A DNA stretch of 64,000 bases from Balanoglossus misakiensis (taxonomy: Eukaryota; Animalia; Hemichordata), in the NCBI GenBank assembly GCA_040954595.2, contig CM082581.2:5882699-5946698 (forward strand), given 5' to 3'. The position numbers were made by a program, and so were the translations under genes. This document shows positions 1 through 13,800 of this stretch, in pieces. Below the pieces are notes generated by a model. It saw only the letters and a list, made by a program, of their open reading frames with translations. It did no database searches and was not told the origin of the DNA. Each line of letters starts with the position of its first letter. Positions within the stretch are counted from its first letter, which is position 1.

Positions 1-857
1 GCACTGTTAGCGTGAAAATGGAAAAGAAAATGCACGAAACAGCAACCAATAAAGGATCTGGTTATTAATTACATACGATGTTTGGAAACCTCAACTTTGA
101 AAGTGTGAATCGAGGGCACTTTGAAACAATGGTATCTGCATCGCCTGTTTTCGTCATCCATTTTGCTTGTTGTTTACAGCTTGTTTATTAAGGCAACACA
201 ACAATCGCGATTCGGTGCCAATGACCACTCCAATGTCATAAACTGTTCCAAACTACAACAAGTCCAGCGCCATCATAGCGTCAAATTACCAATGACGTGT
301 GCGATCGCCAGCGGCACATACCGGTGCCACCAGTCGGGCTACTACGAGTATTGCAATGACTGAGCTGCCCCATCAGTGTCAGAGTACCAGTCTGAAGGCG
401 CCCCCACAGACCGGTGCCTCGAACGTGAACCAGTTCAGAGTGCCACCGGGGCCAGTGTGTGTGTGTGTGGGGGTGATACAATTGTCCAAAATTCTGGACG
501 TCGGCGTATACTTTTGGCCAGAGCAGTGTTACCAAACCAGGCCGTTGCCACCAGTCGATCCTCCCGCGACCAACAACTCAGCGTCATCGTGCAAGTCCAG
601 TGTACACCGAGCTGGATCAGAGCTACTGTATTACACGCGGTCTAATGCCAACTCCAAGAGACCACAGCCCCGCCAACCAGGGCAGTGCCAAAATCGACCA
701 CCTGCGTGCCACCAGTATCACGCCATGAACAAAACAGCCCAATTAGAGTCCGAAAGAATATCAACGAACTCGCCTGCGTTTATGTACCCTGACGTCACCG
801 AGGCAGCAAGAAGTTTACGACGACAACAACAATAACAACAACTCCGGTGCTACTTAC

Positions 858-863
858 CAGCAT
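858..863 (-). CDS. Possible two-codon first coding exon (ATG CTG) of an unidentified gene leaving the window to the left
   Basis: The minus strand reads GGCAAAATGCTG|GTAAGT: a Kozak-like CAAAATG directly followed by a consensus donor, in a CpG-rich region. No downstream exon is visible to confirm it. Confidence 0.3.
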
Positions 864-2712
864 TTTGCCACACTCACCGAATTAATCTTATGCGCTGTCG
901 TGTAATAAGTTCACAGTATTTTGCCTGCCACTTTCGTTCTCATCATAACAAGATGGGCCCACTAGAAAAATACCAAACAAAAGAATTTTGAAATAGAAAA
1001 GTTAACACTGCTTGAATCATCAAAACCGTTGCACCACCGTGGACACACTATCCACCCCATTTCTTCACAGAACACGACTGATGTTTAAACAGGCGACTTG
1101 TGACGAACGATTTGTTTAAAGCACAAATTGATTATCACACAGAGTTGAAATATTCGGATTTATGTTTCGCCTCCTTTGTGCTTCTTACAGGGAACGTCGA
1201 AGACAGTACATGAAGAGAGTCAACGACCGGTGGACACAGAAACATTTCTTGAACGAATACTCGGAATATTTGAGCATACAATAAACTCTGAAATTTTCAA
1301 TCTATTTGATATCATATTAGATTACATATAAATACATGTATGATCCACCGGGCTACCGGGTACAGCTCGTATACATCCATGCGATAGCCGAGACCGCACA
1401 GTCACATGTAAATACTAGTAAGCTTATGTCTCAAAATATTTGATCAGAGAATTTTATTTGTTGACCGCTTTAAAATAACCCATTATTTTCTGTTTACAAC
1501 AGTCTTGTAAAACTTTGGTCAATACACAAATCTGGGTCTAACAACCTTGGAAATCTCAACCTCTTTATTTATCGCTGTTGCGGGTACGCGCGTGCACTGC
1601 TCGTTCAGTATTTGTTTGCTGTAGTGTGCGCACGGGACGCTCATAAAATTAATAGGAATTGGATTAGCGTTTGTTTTTATATTTTTCTCGAAGCTAAAGA
1701 AACAATAAACTGGCATTGTGTTGAATTAAAAGCCTAATTCGTGTTTATTTGGATTTATATAGCGTGTGACATTCGAAAGTGTGAAGTAGAGGTGACAACG
1801 CTGCAGCGATAGAGACGCGCAAAGTGTCCGCGCAAATGGACGTGTACTTAAAATGTTACGACAATGTTTATACCCGTAACACGGAGCCTCTTTACATTCA
1901 CTTAAATCGGCAGTGCCTGGCCATTTCCGCGCCATAAAGTGATTATTGCTGCATAACCACGCAGTCACTGCGCCAATCCGACCTCCATTCACAGTCACAA
2001 TAAAGGACTGATTATTTTATTCATTAAACCTGTGCGCATGGTACTCGCTTCTCGATGGAGCCAGTTGTACACATCAGCGCTCGTAGGGTTGAGTGTATGG
2101 AGGGAAGGGGATAGAATTGACAGACTTAATACTCAGCTAACAAACAATATATATCGAGTCAATCTAACCTTAGAGCTTTCCGCGAATTTCCAAGATAATT
2201 TACACTGATTTACCTTAATAGACGCGCGTACCACCCAGAAAAAAATCAAACATCCCATTTATTGCGAAATCCAGGCGAATACGCGCTTTTCCACGAGAGG
2301 ATGTTTTAGCGCCTTTTAATATAGTTAGAGTGTTTTGGTAGAGTATAGAAACCTATACATGAAAGGGGCAAGCTGTCAGCGGATGTGGGGGTATTATAAG
2401 GCCTAATGCAGCCCCCCACAAAAGAGATAGGATTCTATAGGCAAAGCGCCCAGTGGAGTATACAGATACCTTGTTGGCGTGGGACAATTACAATTTATTA
2501 AGCTGACTGTTGGAGGATTCCTCAGCTTTGGTGTACACGGTAATAGACCCGCCATTTGCTTCTGAATGCTTTGTGTTGCACAAGATGTTACCCGTCGCTG
2601 TTGTTGCTAATCAACTGTTAAACACTTAACTGGCTGTGTGCAGTGATTTCACCTACCAAACACACGCAGAGTCGCATTAATGTAGCAATCAATTTGGGAT
2701 TTCGGCTTTCCG

Positions 2713-2930
2713 TTAAGGTGGCATGCGCCTCGGGAACAGATTTTCAAAAGAAGAAACAGTCCTCCAAAATATACAATTCATTCTTACATTATAGAGTGCG
2801 GGGAGTCTTTTTGAAAAATAACGAAGAAAAACAAGTGTTCACCGTCTTGTTTTCATAATAATCACTATTTTATATTTTCTCCGTAGAATTATGACAGGGA
2901 TGGCGGCCATTTTGAATTTCAAATTTGAGA
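2713..2930. mobile_element. Decayed fragment of a TTAA-ended interspersed repeat
   Basis: Begins TTAAGGTGGCATGCGCCTC, similar to the reverse complement of 57021-57039 (TTAAGGTAGCACGTACCTC). Shares GCGGCCATTTTGAATTTC.AATTTGA with 48495-48520. Confidence 0.55.
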
Positions 2931-5900
2931 CAATTTCGCTCTCTCATCCACAAGCATGGAAATGCCGGACTCAGTCGTCTCCTCGACTCCTCGTTGATTT
3001 TTATATCCGATTTGGAGAGGCTGGGTTCAAAGGTCATGGCACTCACATTAACCTTGATCTGGATTTGCAACTGGACTCAACTCAAAAACTAGAAAGCCGC
3101 CCGATCCCCTGTCAGCTGACGTCACCTGAAAACATTCAACGTCAAATAAGAGAATTCCGGTAAAATGTGCGAACCAGCAATGTCGTCATACTCAAATCAC
3201 ATAAAATAATCATGGGTTATTTAAAAGCAAATAAGCTGTCGCGTAACGTTAATGGCTATTTTTCAAAGTAATTTTGCTTTGTGCCGGTATCAAGTTCGGT
3301 TTCCTCCGCGTTTTATTCCCTAGAACATGGTGAATTTCCCGGTGTTCCATATTCGTGAACACGAAATCTATATGTTGACAGTTATCATAATTGACAAATG
3401 AATGACCAGTGCACTGAATTCAACTTTCAACAATACCGTTGCTGACTGAACACATACAGGCTCTGCTGCGCGTTGATCAGCAACCTACATGTACGGTTCC
3501 GGGATTCGAAAAAAGGATTCCGAAATTGCTTCAGATACACAGAAGAAAAATGCTGGAAAAGAAGCCACGAGTTTTAACTTATAATGGATACATGTACTTC
3601 ATTTATTGAAAGACATGCGCTTTGAGTGTTCCTCAAGTACATCGAAATGTGTATTATTTTGGAGAATGATTTATTTTCTATGTCGTTTTATAATTTCCCA
3701 GTTCGGCACTACATCTCTGCGACCAGGTAGACCCGAATCAGATTGGACACATTTGAGAATAATACGCCGTACAGCTGTCATCATGGGTTTGATCGGCGAC
3801 TTTGTAAATCCACGTTTTCACCGATTAAGATTTAAATACAAACCTGTTATTAGACGACGGAAGCTACCAGTTTTGTTTTGTTTTAAATAGTTTTTTTTTT
3901 ATCGTGGGAATAAAACAGATACATCGGTGAATATGAAGAGACAGTGGTTGCCTCCTCCAATTTATTAATATTGATTTGATCAGTTTTTCTAACGGTAAAA
4001 CACCGACACCGCGGTACTTAATAAAGAATTTAGGGCGAAGATTACGTCACTATAGTCCCGCACGGTGACCCCGGCAGTTTCTAATGTCCACCGCCGGAAC
4101 GTCCGAGTCTAGGACCAGCATTCTCAAACACTTTCCGGCGTTTTGCTCACAAAATAACTATTATTTATCGGTGACAGTAATCGATGATGCTCTCGACCGA
4201 TATAAAGATGAGAGGGCATAGATGAGTTCGTCAAATCATGGTGTTTAGAGACGATTGATCATATCCGTCCTTTCTGGCCGGCCTAAATATTTTTTCACTG
4301 CATGGGAGAAGAAGTCCGGGTTTTTAAAACGGCGATAAACATACTTCTATAGTCGCTCGTACTGTAAATAGCTGATTTTTCCAATTAAAATATGCTCACT
4401 TTATTTTGGTAATTGGCGTTCAGTATCAGGGTCAGCGAGGACAGTCTAACAAAGTTACCGGCTAGATAATCATACACGCAAATTGCATTGTATTCTTAAT
4501 TCAGTGTGATATATTCTGGTCACTGATTTCTAACTGTTCGATTATATTAAGATCAGTCCTGTCACCCGGAAAATGCGAAACACCACTTGAGAATAAACGG
4601 TGTTCGAATCAACCCCACCCAAAATCAGAGGTACACCGCGTGGATTTCTTCAGCTGCCCAAGAAATCAAAGATGCTAATTTTATCGCTCTCAGAACGTGG
4701 CCAGGTATTGCAAGGAAAGTACAAAATAAACGCAGTTTAGATGAAGCCTCCGGATAGAAGCTCCCGCTGGTCAACAAACACCTCCTTCGAAAACCGAGAT
4801 TCTGATATTAAAATGCGTTAATGGTGTTCTGACCGCAAGGCATGCGTAGTGTTAACTGATAGCAGTTTGCCAGAACTGTAACGAATCGATTAGATTCGCC
4901 TACTAAATTGCTACTTTTCATGTAGATTTCCTCTTATTAAAATACACGTTTTTTTAAATGCGGTACTCGGGTTAGAACTCGTGCTCGGAAAACGACAAGA
5001 GGCCCCCTAGGACCGATTCGGATCGATTCGCTCCACTATAAATTGCCGCTGTTAATGTAAACTATTTCCTGCCCTTGTAGAAACAGACTTGACGTCAGCT
5101 GAACTTCCAATAAATCCTGAAAAAATGACTGCTATTTTCTTTTTTAGAAAACGTTGCCTTTGTTCGGCTAACTCTGTCGTCGCACTCGTCGTGTTTACAT
5201 TATCCCTAATTGGGCACTTGACGTGGCCGACAGTTTTCATTTAATATTACGAGTTTCCTTCATGAACCATAAAATTGAACGAATAACACACATGGACGAA
5301 ACCGGCGAGAAGCCAATCCCCAAAGAACCTTGCGTCGCTGGTACACTCTGACGTAAAGTAGAAAACCATTGCTTCCCTGACACGACACACGCTGTGTATA
5401 CGCTAGTGTATCGAGACAGACTGCAATAAATATCGCACAGGCGAACCGTAATCACACCCGTTAACGGGCAGCTTAGCGCGAACGGAATACGACGCTATAG
5501 TATTAAAACCCGAGCCGAGAGTTCCCCACTCCCCGTTTCAATTAAACCGAAAAAAATAAAACACGTCGCTCCGCAGCCCTCGTACAGCTGTGTGCATTTT
5601 GCGAGTAACACGTCAATTACGGCATCCCCGTTCCGCGCAGTGGCCGTGACAGTAATGAAAATAACACATCGCGAACACTACAAAAATCAATCCTAACTTA
5701 ATTATTTCGATTTCCAAATGCACAATGCGCGGATCCAGAGAATAAACTGGGCGAGGACTCGGAGGCCGTGTTCCACGTTAATCAACCAATTTGCAGCGAC
5801 AGCTGTGAATATGCCCCTTGAAATGTACAATCGGTAAATTCGATAAGCAAACTGGTATATTCACGGCGACAACTCTCAACAGGCCCAGTGTATATCCAGT

Positions 5901-8900
5901 TATTAATTTACCCTGACGCCCAATTACAATTATTAAGGACATCATAAATGTAATAATAGAGGCGATTACGTTAAATGTACTTAAAGACTACCCAATAGCT
6001 CGGTCCTAAGTCAAACAATTGTGCAAATGTTAGCAAACTGAGTAATGTTTTATCAAAATTGGTAAAACGGGTGATATTACAATATTTAACGACCACTTCT
6101 AATTGCTGTGCACGTAGTCAAAATGTCGTTATTTCTTGCTTGATATCAATTTGCTACTTTTATTCTCGTTGAAATAAAAGCCTTTAGGATATACTAGTAT
6201 TCAACACAACGTGACAAAACCCCGTTAAATAAAAACATTCCATTAATTATAATTAATTAATCGAGTTATCCATTTATTAAGTGAGTTTTATATTTTGCTA
6301 GCATTTTAGTCACCGTTGAGTCTGCCGTATATCTCGATGAAAATCGTTCGGCTCGACCTTTCTACCAAGTTGAAGACGAAGCACAATCGTAATCATCGAC
6401 TGCCCATTGTATCCACGTAACAATACCTTATTATTATATATATGTAGGGTGTTTTCAAATTGTGTATGGCGTACATGAATACGCCCGGTAATAACTCCTT
6501 ATCTGAACTGAGGGCGAGTGAGAAAGACGAAACATTGCGCTGGCAAGAATAACCACTTCCCCGTCGCCACTTCTCACAACATTGATAGTTACTCAAGGCG
6601 GCGATTTCCAACCGAGAGAAATCTTGACATATTGACAACACTGTAGAAAATACTCAAGTGCTGTTTTCTCAAAAGCGCATGGAAAATAGAAAGTTTACAA
6701 CTGACAAGAGCTACACCAAAACTTTTATAGAAACATCGGCGTTGCAATCGACAAGGAGATTGGGCTTAAAGCATCGTTAGGATCGAAGTTGTATTTTTTC
6801 CCCGCTCGTTCGTTCGTTCGGTTGAGTATGAAATGTATATGACCCACGTAGCAAGAATACCAATGGACGGGTTAGGCCTGCAAGATGTTTTCTTTAATTG
6901 AGTGAACCGTGGGCCTTGGTTAACCAGCGTTTGTGTCACGTCAATTGCTTCCTGAGCCCAGAATTTGATGGAAATATAGTGTAACACGTTTCGCTTAGCC
7001 TCATTATGGCCTTCCAAACCGGCAACAAATGCACGGCGGAATATCGGAAAATCGAAGCGCCAGTGAATAGCGAAACGCGCCGACGCTGTAGGTGAAACTG
7101 AATTCCGCATTATGTCAATACAGGTGTATGCTCGACAAACAGGACGCAGACATTTTCGACTTCATCTATTTCTTAATTAACGCCAACATCGTGGAAATTA
7201 TGATCATATTCGAAATTGGGGTCGACAGGCGAGGAGGACACGTAGAAATAAAATTGTGTTGCGCGGCATTATTCGTGTCAGTTTTTTCACTGTGTTTATA
7301 GAACAATTAAGATTGAATGACACGCACTCGTATCTAGCCCCGTTATATCGTAAACTAACGGCTAACTCTGTTGGGTTTTGTTATTTAATCTTAACATCGG
7401 GTTGAATGCGAAGATATTACAACACACAAGCCAGTTTGCGTCGTGATGCTCGATCAAACCACGGAGGCAGAAATTGGGGGAAAAAAAGCCGAACACTCTC
7501 GCGAATAATCCATTCCAACTAATATTTCTCAGCGCGTCGACGGTTTTTCTTTTAAATCAAAAATCGAAATTGAAATAAAAATGCCATAAAATTAAGTTAT
7601 CGACCGAATGCGAGGTAGATTAGCATTTATCCAAGACGCTACATTGCGCTGTAATAACGTGGAATGACCTATTACAAGACGATCGGATTTTGATTGATAG
7701 AGTTGTAGCCGCGGCTTGATTGAAAAAATGGCGCCTGGGTATATAAGCCGACTTGTTCGTTCCCTCGACGTCAGTGCTTGGCAAAACAGAAAGAAAAGCA
7801 GATCACATAGACTAAGGTATTGATGCATATTCATTTTGGCCGTATGTGACGTCATCTGAATGCAATGTACTTGTTAGGAGAGTGCTAAATCTCCGCAATC
7901 ACAGTAGACGACGCTTTCATCAGGAATTTGCTGCACTGATAGACAGATAATTAAAAAAAACTACATGCACATGACACACATCCCTCGCCAAAAATTGTCG
8001 ATTTTTATGAAATCATGAAACTTTTCAGTCAAGTCTGAAAAGTAGACGATTTAAAAATTCAAGCCAGTTACCATAACATCGTCTGTGTTTGTTTTCGAGT
8101 CAGATAAAACAATATCAGAATCTCAATGCATTTAGTTTTACTGCGCCATTGCGATTACTGCGGCAGTTATGATTTTTTTCAGTAAGTAAACTTGCGAATG
8201 AACTGTCAATAAACGAGGACTCACTTCGGGTAGTTTTCACCTTCCGGAACAAAAACAAACTGCAAACTTTACACATCTGTATCTTGTCGTGTTTTACATT
8301 CTCCTTCATTCATTCATTTACATGTATTTTGTTTCATTGATATTATATGAACGCTCACTTCTTAAATATCATCAAAATAAATAGAAACTTCTCCAGAATG
8401 CCTGATGACGTCATTCAACCTACAATGTAAGCAATGGTCTCTATTGTGACAACAGAAAAAAATGCCTTAATATTGTCTGAATGAGCTGTATAGTATTACC
8501 ATGGAAACTAGTACTACGGACTCACTCAATCATTCGAGAAGTTGGGTAATTGTAATTTTAACGTATCTTAATCTAGGTAATCTTGTTAAAGATTTCTCAA
8601 ATAGGATTAAGTCGTAGAGATGAGATTAGTCTGGGCTTTGCTCGATCCAAAAATCACAAGCACGACTCTGTCCTTTTGAAATCGTCTTATTTTCATACAT
8701 CTTCATGTACTTTCAGCCCAAGAATGTATTCTCTCCCTTTCATGAGAAATTTCCTTGGCCCGGCAAATCGAATCGCATATTCGGATGAGATTTGGCGCTG
8801 AAATCTGATTTCAGTAAATTAACTAGTGAGGACGGGGGAATTCAGCCCACAGTCCCCGCCAACTCAATGCCTGATTTCGGCACATTAAGTAGATTTAGTG

Positions 8901-10793
8901 AACACAATTGCCAATTTCCACTCTAAATTGCAAAATTTCAGGCGTGTGCATCAGACGTGCGTGTTTTTTTGCGCAGGCGTGGAATTGGATAGGGCCTGCC
9001 GGTCCCATACTCGTACTCAGAGTCCATAACTTCACCCTGATTGTGACAATATTGCACCTTCTCTAATAAATTGTTCACGTTCTGAGAGTTACGCGGGCTG
9101 ATACCAGGTTTGGACGGTGATGAGTTTACGCTCGACTCCTAGAGCATGTTGACTTTTTAAGATAAAACCACTGAAACGTAATGACCCGGTGTTTTTCTAA
9201 ATTATGTTTTTGAATTATGTTTCAATTTCCGAAGACAATAATTATTTCCATAACATTGGCATTTTTGCATCTTCATATATATTTGTTTAGTTATGACAGT
9301 GAATATTTGTTTTCTTTTATTAAGATTCGTACGGCGTTTAGAGACTCGAATATAATAATTTATTATTGCGAGCTGAAATGTATGGGACCTTAGAACTACA
9401 GAGATTTCGTGATTTACCAAGTACATCGAGCATACAATGCGTTTCAATATTACTCTTTAAAATCGATGGAATTGGTTTGTTTTCTCTCTACATCCACGTT
9501 ACAAGCCGATCTCCTGTTTTGTTTGCAAGGGACTAGTACGCATGCCTGAAAGGAGGATGCCTAACACGGCTGCCCGATTCCCCAACCCCCGTAATGGTCC
9601 AACACGAAACGTTCATACAGAATAGCTACGAGACCGTGGGTGTGAATTTGGAGAGTAGGTTGGAATCTCTCTCAGCGATTTCAATCTCCAGGAACCTTAA
9701 AAATCGCGAGAGGCGGGAGACTGGCGAGAGTTTTTGAAGGCGAAGCGCAGCCGGCTGCATCCAGTTTTTTTGTGGGATGAGGGGGGGGGGGGCTGAGGTA
9801 ACATGGCCACACGGTCGAAACTGCGGGGGTCTTTAATGGCAACGGAGAGAATCGACCCAAAAGGCTTGGGGAAGGACACGTCTAATAGGTTAAAACTACT
9901 AAACAGTCTATTACAAGCAGTTCATTTTCAAATTGTATTTAAGGTTTTCACACAACGATCAATCCAAGGAAGCCGGAGTCATTGTGTGGTATTGACTGGT
10001 CCACAAACAATATGCTAAGGGATGTCAGTCTCCGCCGCTGAAATCCATTTCGACCAGAACCCGAACAATGGTCGCCCCATTGTCGCCTTGTTGACAATTG
10101 AAAGGGGATGCTGCTTGAAGAGCCCTTGTGAGGTGGGCCTAAACAAGTACTCTATTGATAGAACTAATTCTGTTCTTAAGTACGCACTTTTCTCAAAGGT
10201 TTTTAATCAACTTTAAGTAGAAGGGAAGCGCCATTGAGAAGGAGGAGTACGCGCAGCCACCGGAGTTGTGTGCGCCGAGAAATGAGATCGGGATTTGAAA
10301 AGTTTCAGCGCATCAATGGGGGTGAATTCTTTCCATTGCTGACGCGCCAAGGTGCGCTGGACATGCATGTTATGATGGCATGTTGATGTATTCTATAGAC
10401 TGCTCTGTCTCTCTCTCTCCCTTTGTTGGTCACTGACACACCGTAATTGAAATGCGCAGTTGAAGGGGTTTACTGTTAACGCGTTGACCCCTATGTTAAG
10501 CCAATTATAGCGATATCCCTGGTGAGCCGAGCCATGGTTGGCGGCGCGGAGTTGGAGGGGGGGGGGGGGGGTGTTCGGTAGATTATTTTAGCTGTTTGAA
10601 GAAGCCCTGTCGTCCACGGTTTTTCACTTACTTGTTGTAATATCTGTCAGTGAGTGAATTCCCCCGGCAATGTGACGTGAACGACTAAACTTAGGTCGCA
10701 TGAGCGTTTTTTTTATCATGCGTGTTTTTGATCCGTGTGGCAATTTTCGTCAGAAGGCAAGAAACAGAATTAAAAGTTGTGTGCAATCAATTG

Positions 10794-10794
10794 G

Positions 10795-10830
<36 letters not shown>

Positions 10831-10863
10831 AGACAGACAGACAAACAGACAGACAGAGACAGA
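10794..10863. repeat. (GA)n, poly-G and (GACA)n simple repeat
   Basis: Read directly from the sequence. Confidence 0.93.
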
Positions 10864-13800
10864 GGCATATGCGACATAAAGACGAAGACATGCGCATTGT
10901 CAACAATTCGCGCACACTTTCGCCCCCACAAAAACGTCGACAAACATGATTTTCTCAGATACCATGCCTCGTTCAAACATTATTCCTTACGAAAAAAAAG
11001 AAAGAGTAGAATGAGTATAACCACAAAAAAGGGACACCGTGCGCACACTCGCCTCGGGGCTAGATTTACCTATTAACATCCCCAGATATCCTTCACGCTT
11101 AAATAAGCCAAGAAAACGAAACGCGACAATGAATAGAAAGGAGGAAAGCGAAGATTTGCCCGCGTTCATAATATCCGTTACAAACCAACGGCCCCTTAGA
11201 AATCAGTAGCGGGAGTAATTATATCATACTTAACAAGCAATCGAAGAGACCACGGCACTTCGGTTGGAGGTTTTTTTCTTGCGTGGTTTGTTTTCATTCT
11301 AAACAATCGCGCCTCTTTGCGCTGGATGCATTTAAACCCTGATCGCGTCGAAGACACACTGACAGTCGTCAGGGAGGTAGGCTATTCAAACTGGGACCTG
11401 GCTACTTGTATACGCTATAAAGTATTAAACCTGGGAACGATGAAAAAATAACAAGACGGACAAAAACGGGGAGCTAATCAGGGAGATGGGCCAATGAAAG
11501 TGGGATAAATCGGCTTAAGCCTTTTTCAAGCTATTCATTTGGCGGCCTTTGTTGGCTCTTTCATGCCACAATCACTTACAATGGACAGCCTTAATCACTG
11601 GAGTTTTGTCGGGTCATCGAAATAACAGCTAATCGCATGCCACAAAACAGTGTAGTTTACTTAGAAACTTTTGGGAAGGGAGCTTTAATAAGCCCCCTCT
11701 TAAGGCTATTAAGGCCCACTCCTGCTTCTTTGCTACCATGCACCAATTCATTAGTCTTCATTTTAGAATTGCCCAAAGCCGATTATAAGGCGCCCACTAC
11801 TGACCATGGATTCATTATCACCGGGCAATAGAAAAGGGTGCATAGATTTGCCCGAGCAATACAGAGATTGTGAAAAGTAAATTCAGCCAATGTAATTGAA
11901 TCACCCAGTCAGCCATGAGAACACCTTAATTAAGAGTTATTTGTTGCAAACATGGGCGTGCAAAAATTTTAACTATTCCATGGGGGGAGTGACGGAGGTG
12001 CGGTGTATGTATACATGTATATACGAGGGCATCTTTTTCTCTCTCTTCTGCGTGGGGAAGTTTCGTCTCAATTAGGATCGTCTGGTGGTCACTGGTGGCT
12101 GGAGGTCGGCCGGGGGAATTTCGTGAATCGCGGCCGATAGTCCGATTGAATGGCGAGCAGCCGTGAAAGGACCTCGGGGTCTTGTGTATTGGTATGCAAT
12201 GACAATATGGTCTCTTTAATAGAGCGCGCGGGTTCGGCGCGGCATGAATGATGTTTACAGTGTTGTCTTATTCTGGTATTCTTGTTTTGTACGGCGTGTC
12301 TCCGTTCGACCGCGGCGGCGGTGGCGATGGGGTTCAGCACCGCATGATTCGGACTCGGTGCTCCGTGCGATGCGCAATTGACTCGCCGGCGTTCAGGCTA
12401 TGGGCGTGACTCATCAGTTTGTTCTAACTCAATTTCGTTTCTACTTTCCACTGAGTGCGTGTTTTCCACCCAGTGCACCCTAGATTACAGACGGAGCGCT
12501 GTATACGTGTCTCTGACGCACCGATATTCCTCCAGTACTTAAGCCGTGCTATTATTCAAATCAACGTAAGCGCCTTACAATAACCGGAACGGCGGAATTG
12601 AAAATTGCGACCGATAATGCAATTTATCTGCACTGTTTTCATTTTTCCCCCAAATCTTAATAACGCCGTTAAGTTTTTAAGTACTTCTGATCATCGGCAT
12701 ATGTTTGTTAATCGCAATGCAATCAAGCCAAGCCAGAAAGGGATATAAGCCTATGAAAATCCCTTGCCGGGGAGATATAGACAATTCAAAGATCGCTGGA
12801 TTCGTGTAAAAAGGTTGAATATCGACGTCAGAACGCTTTTAACTGTGGAGAATTTACGCATCTAAAATATAGTAATAATTTTGATTGAATAAATGAAAAC
12901 CGCGCACGTGTATTGTTCCTTTGTGGCCAGCGTTTTCTTTTTGTCGCCGGAATTGAAAAGTTCAAAACGAACAACATGTATCTACCGTCGGTTGCAGTAG
13001 AACCGTATAGAAATCTCCTGATATCATTGACGGTAACGTCTCTTTGTCTAAGCACAATTATTGGTAACTGAATTCGACTGCACGAAATATCACCGCGCAT
13101 TCTTTCAAAATACTTATAGACCAAATCAGGGCCGATAACAGAGCCGTGTTTTCATAGCATATCTGCTAATAATCGGCAGCTCACAAATGAAATATCTCTT
13201 TCGCAGTCACGTGGTTGACACCATTACGACAGCTCATCGATTTTTGCTGAAATCAACATCTGGCAGATGTTGTGCATTTCAACAGCCAAAACACAATGGT
13301 TTCGCCCCCGGCAATGTTTCGCTGATCGCCTTCACTGTATTTAAATAATATAATTGAATTTATAAACTTTGCCATAATCCCATTAATTGTGCTGTTTTTT
13401 TGTCTCATTGAAGAAGAAGTGAAGCGAAGATGGAGTGAGGTTTTAGTGAGCTTATTAACAGGAAGTGGTAGCCCCTTGTACTCGTGTTTACTTTTTTACC
13501 GGTAAGTCGCCCTCCTCCATGACAGGGAAAAAATGCATTTTTATGACGGCTCACTGAGCATTAAGCTTGCGGATATTGTTATTTTCGTAAATATAACTGT
13601 GAAATGTGGTTATTGATGCGTGATATGTATGTGTTTCAGAGAATATTAGTCATAAGGTGACTTTAAGCGGCTGGTTTGCTTACTGGGGTTGTGTGCATGG
13701 CCTGAAGTTTTTTTTATTTTTGGGAAACCCACTTCTGAGCCGTGAAACACTTGTCCATAGACATGTACATTTGTGTGATTTGCCAATGTCAAGATCTATA

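Noticed and set aside
299-835. 178-aa plus-strand ORF
   Set aside because: Non-ATG start, runs through a (GT)n tract and has no domain. Better explained as GC-rich non-coding sequence.
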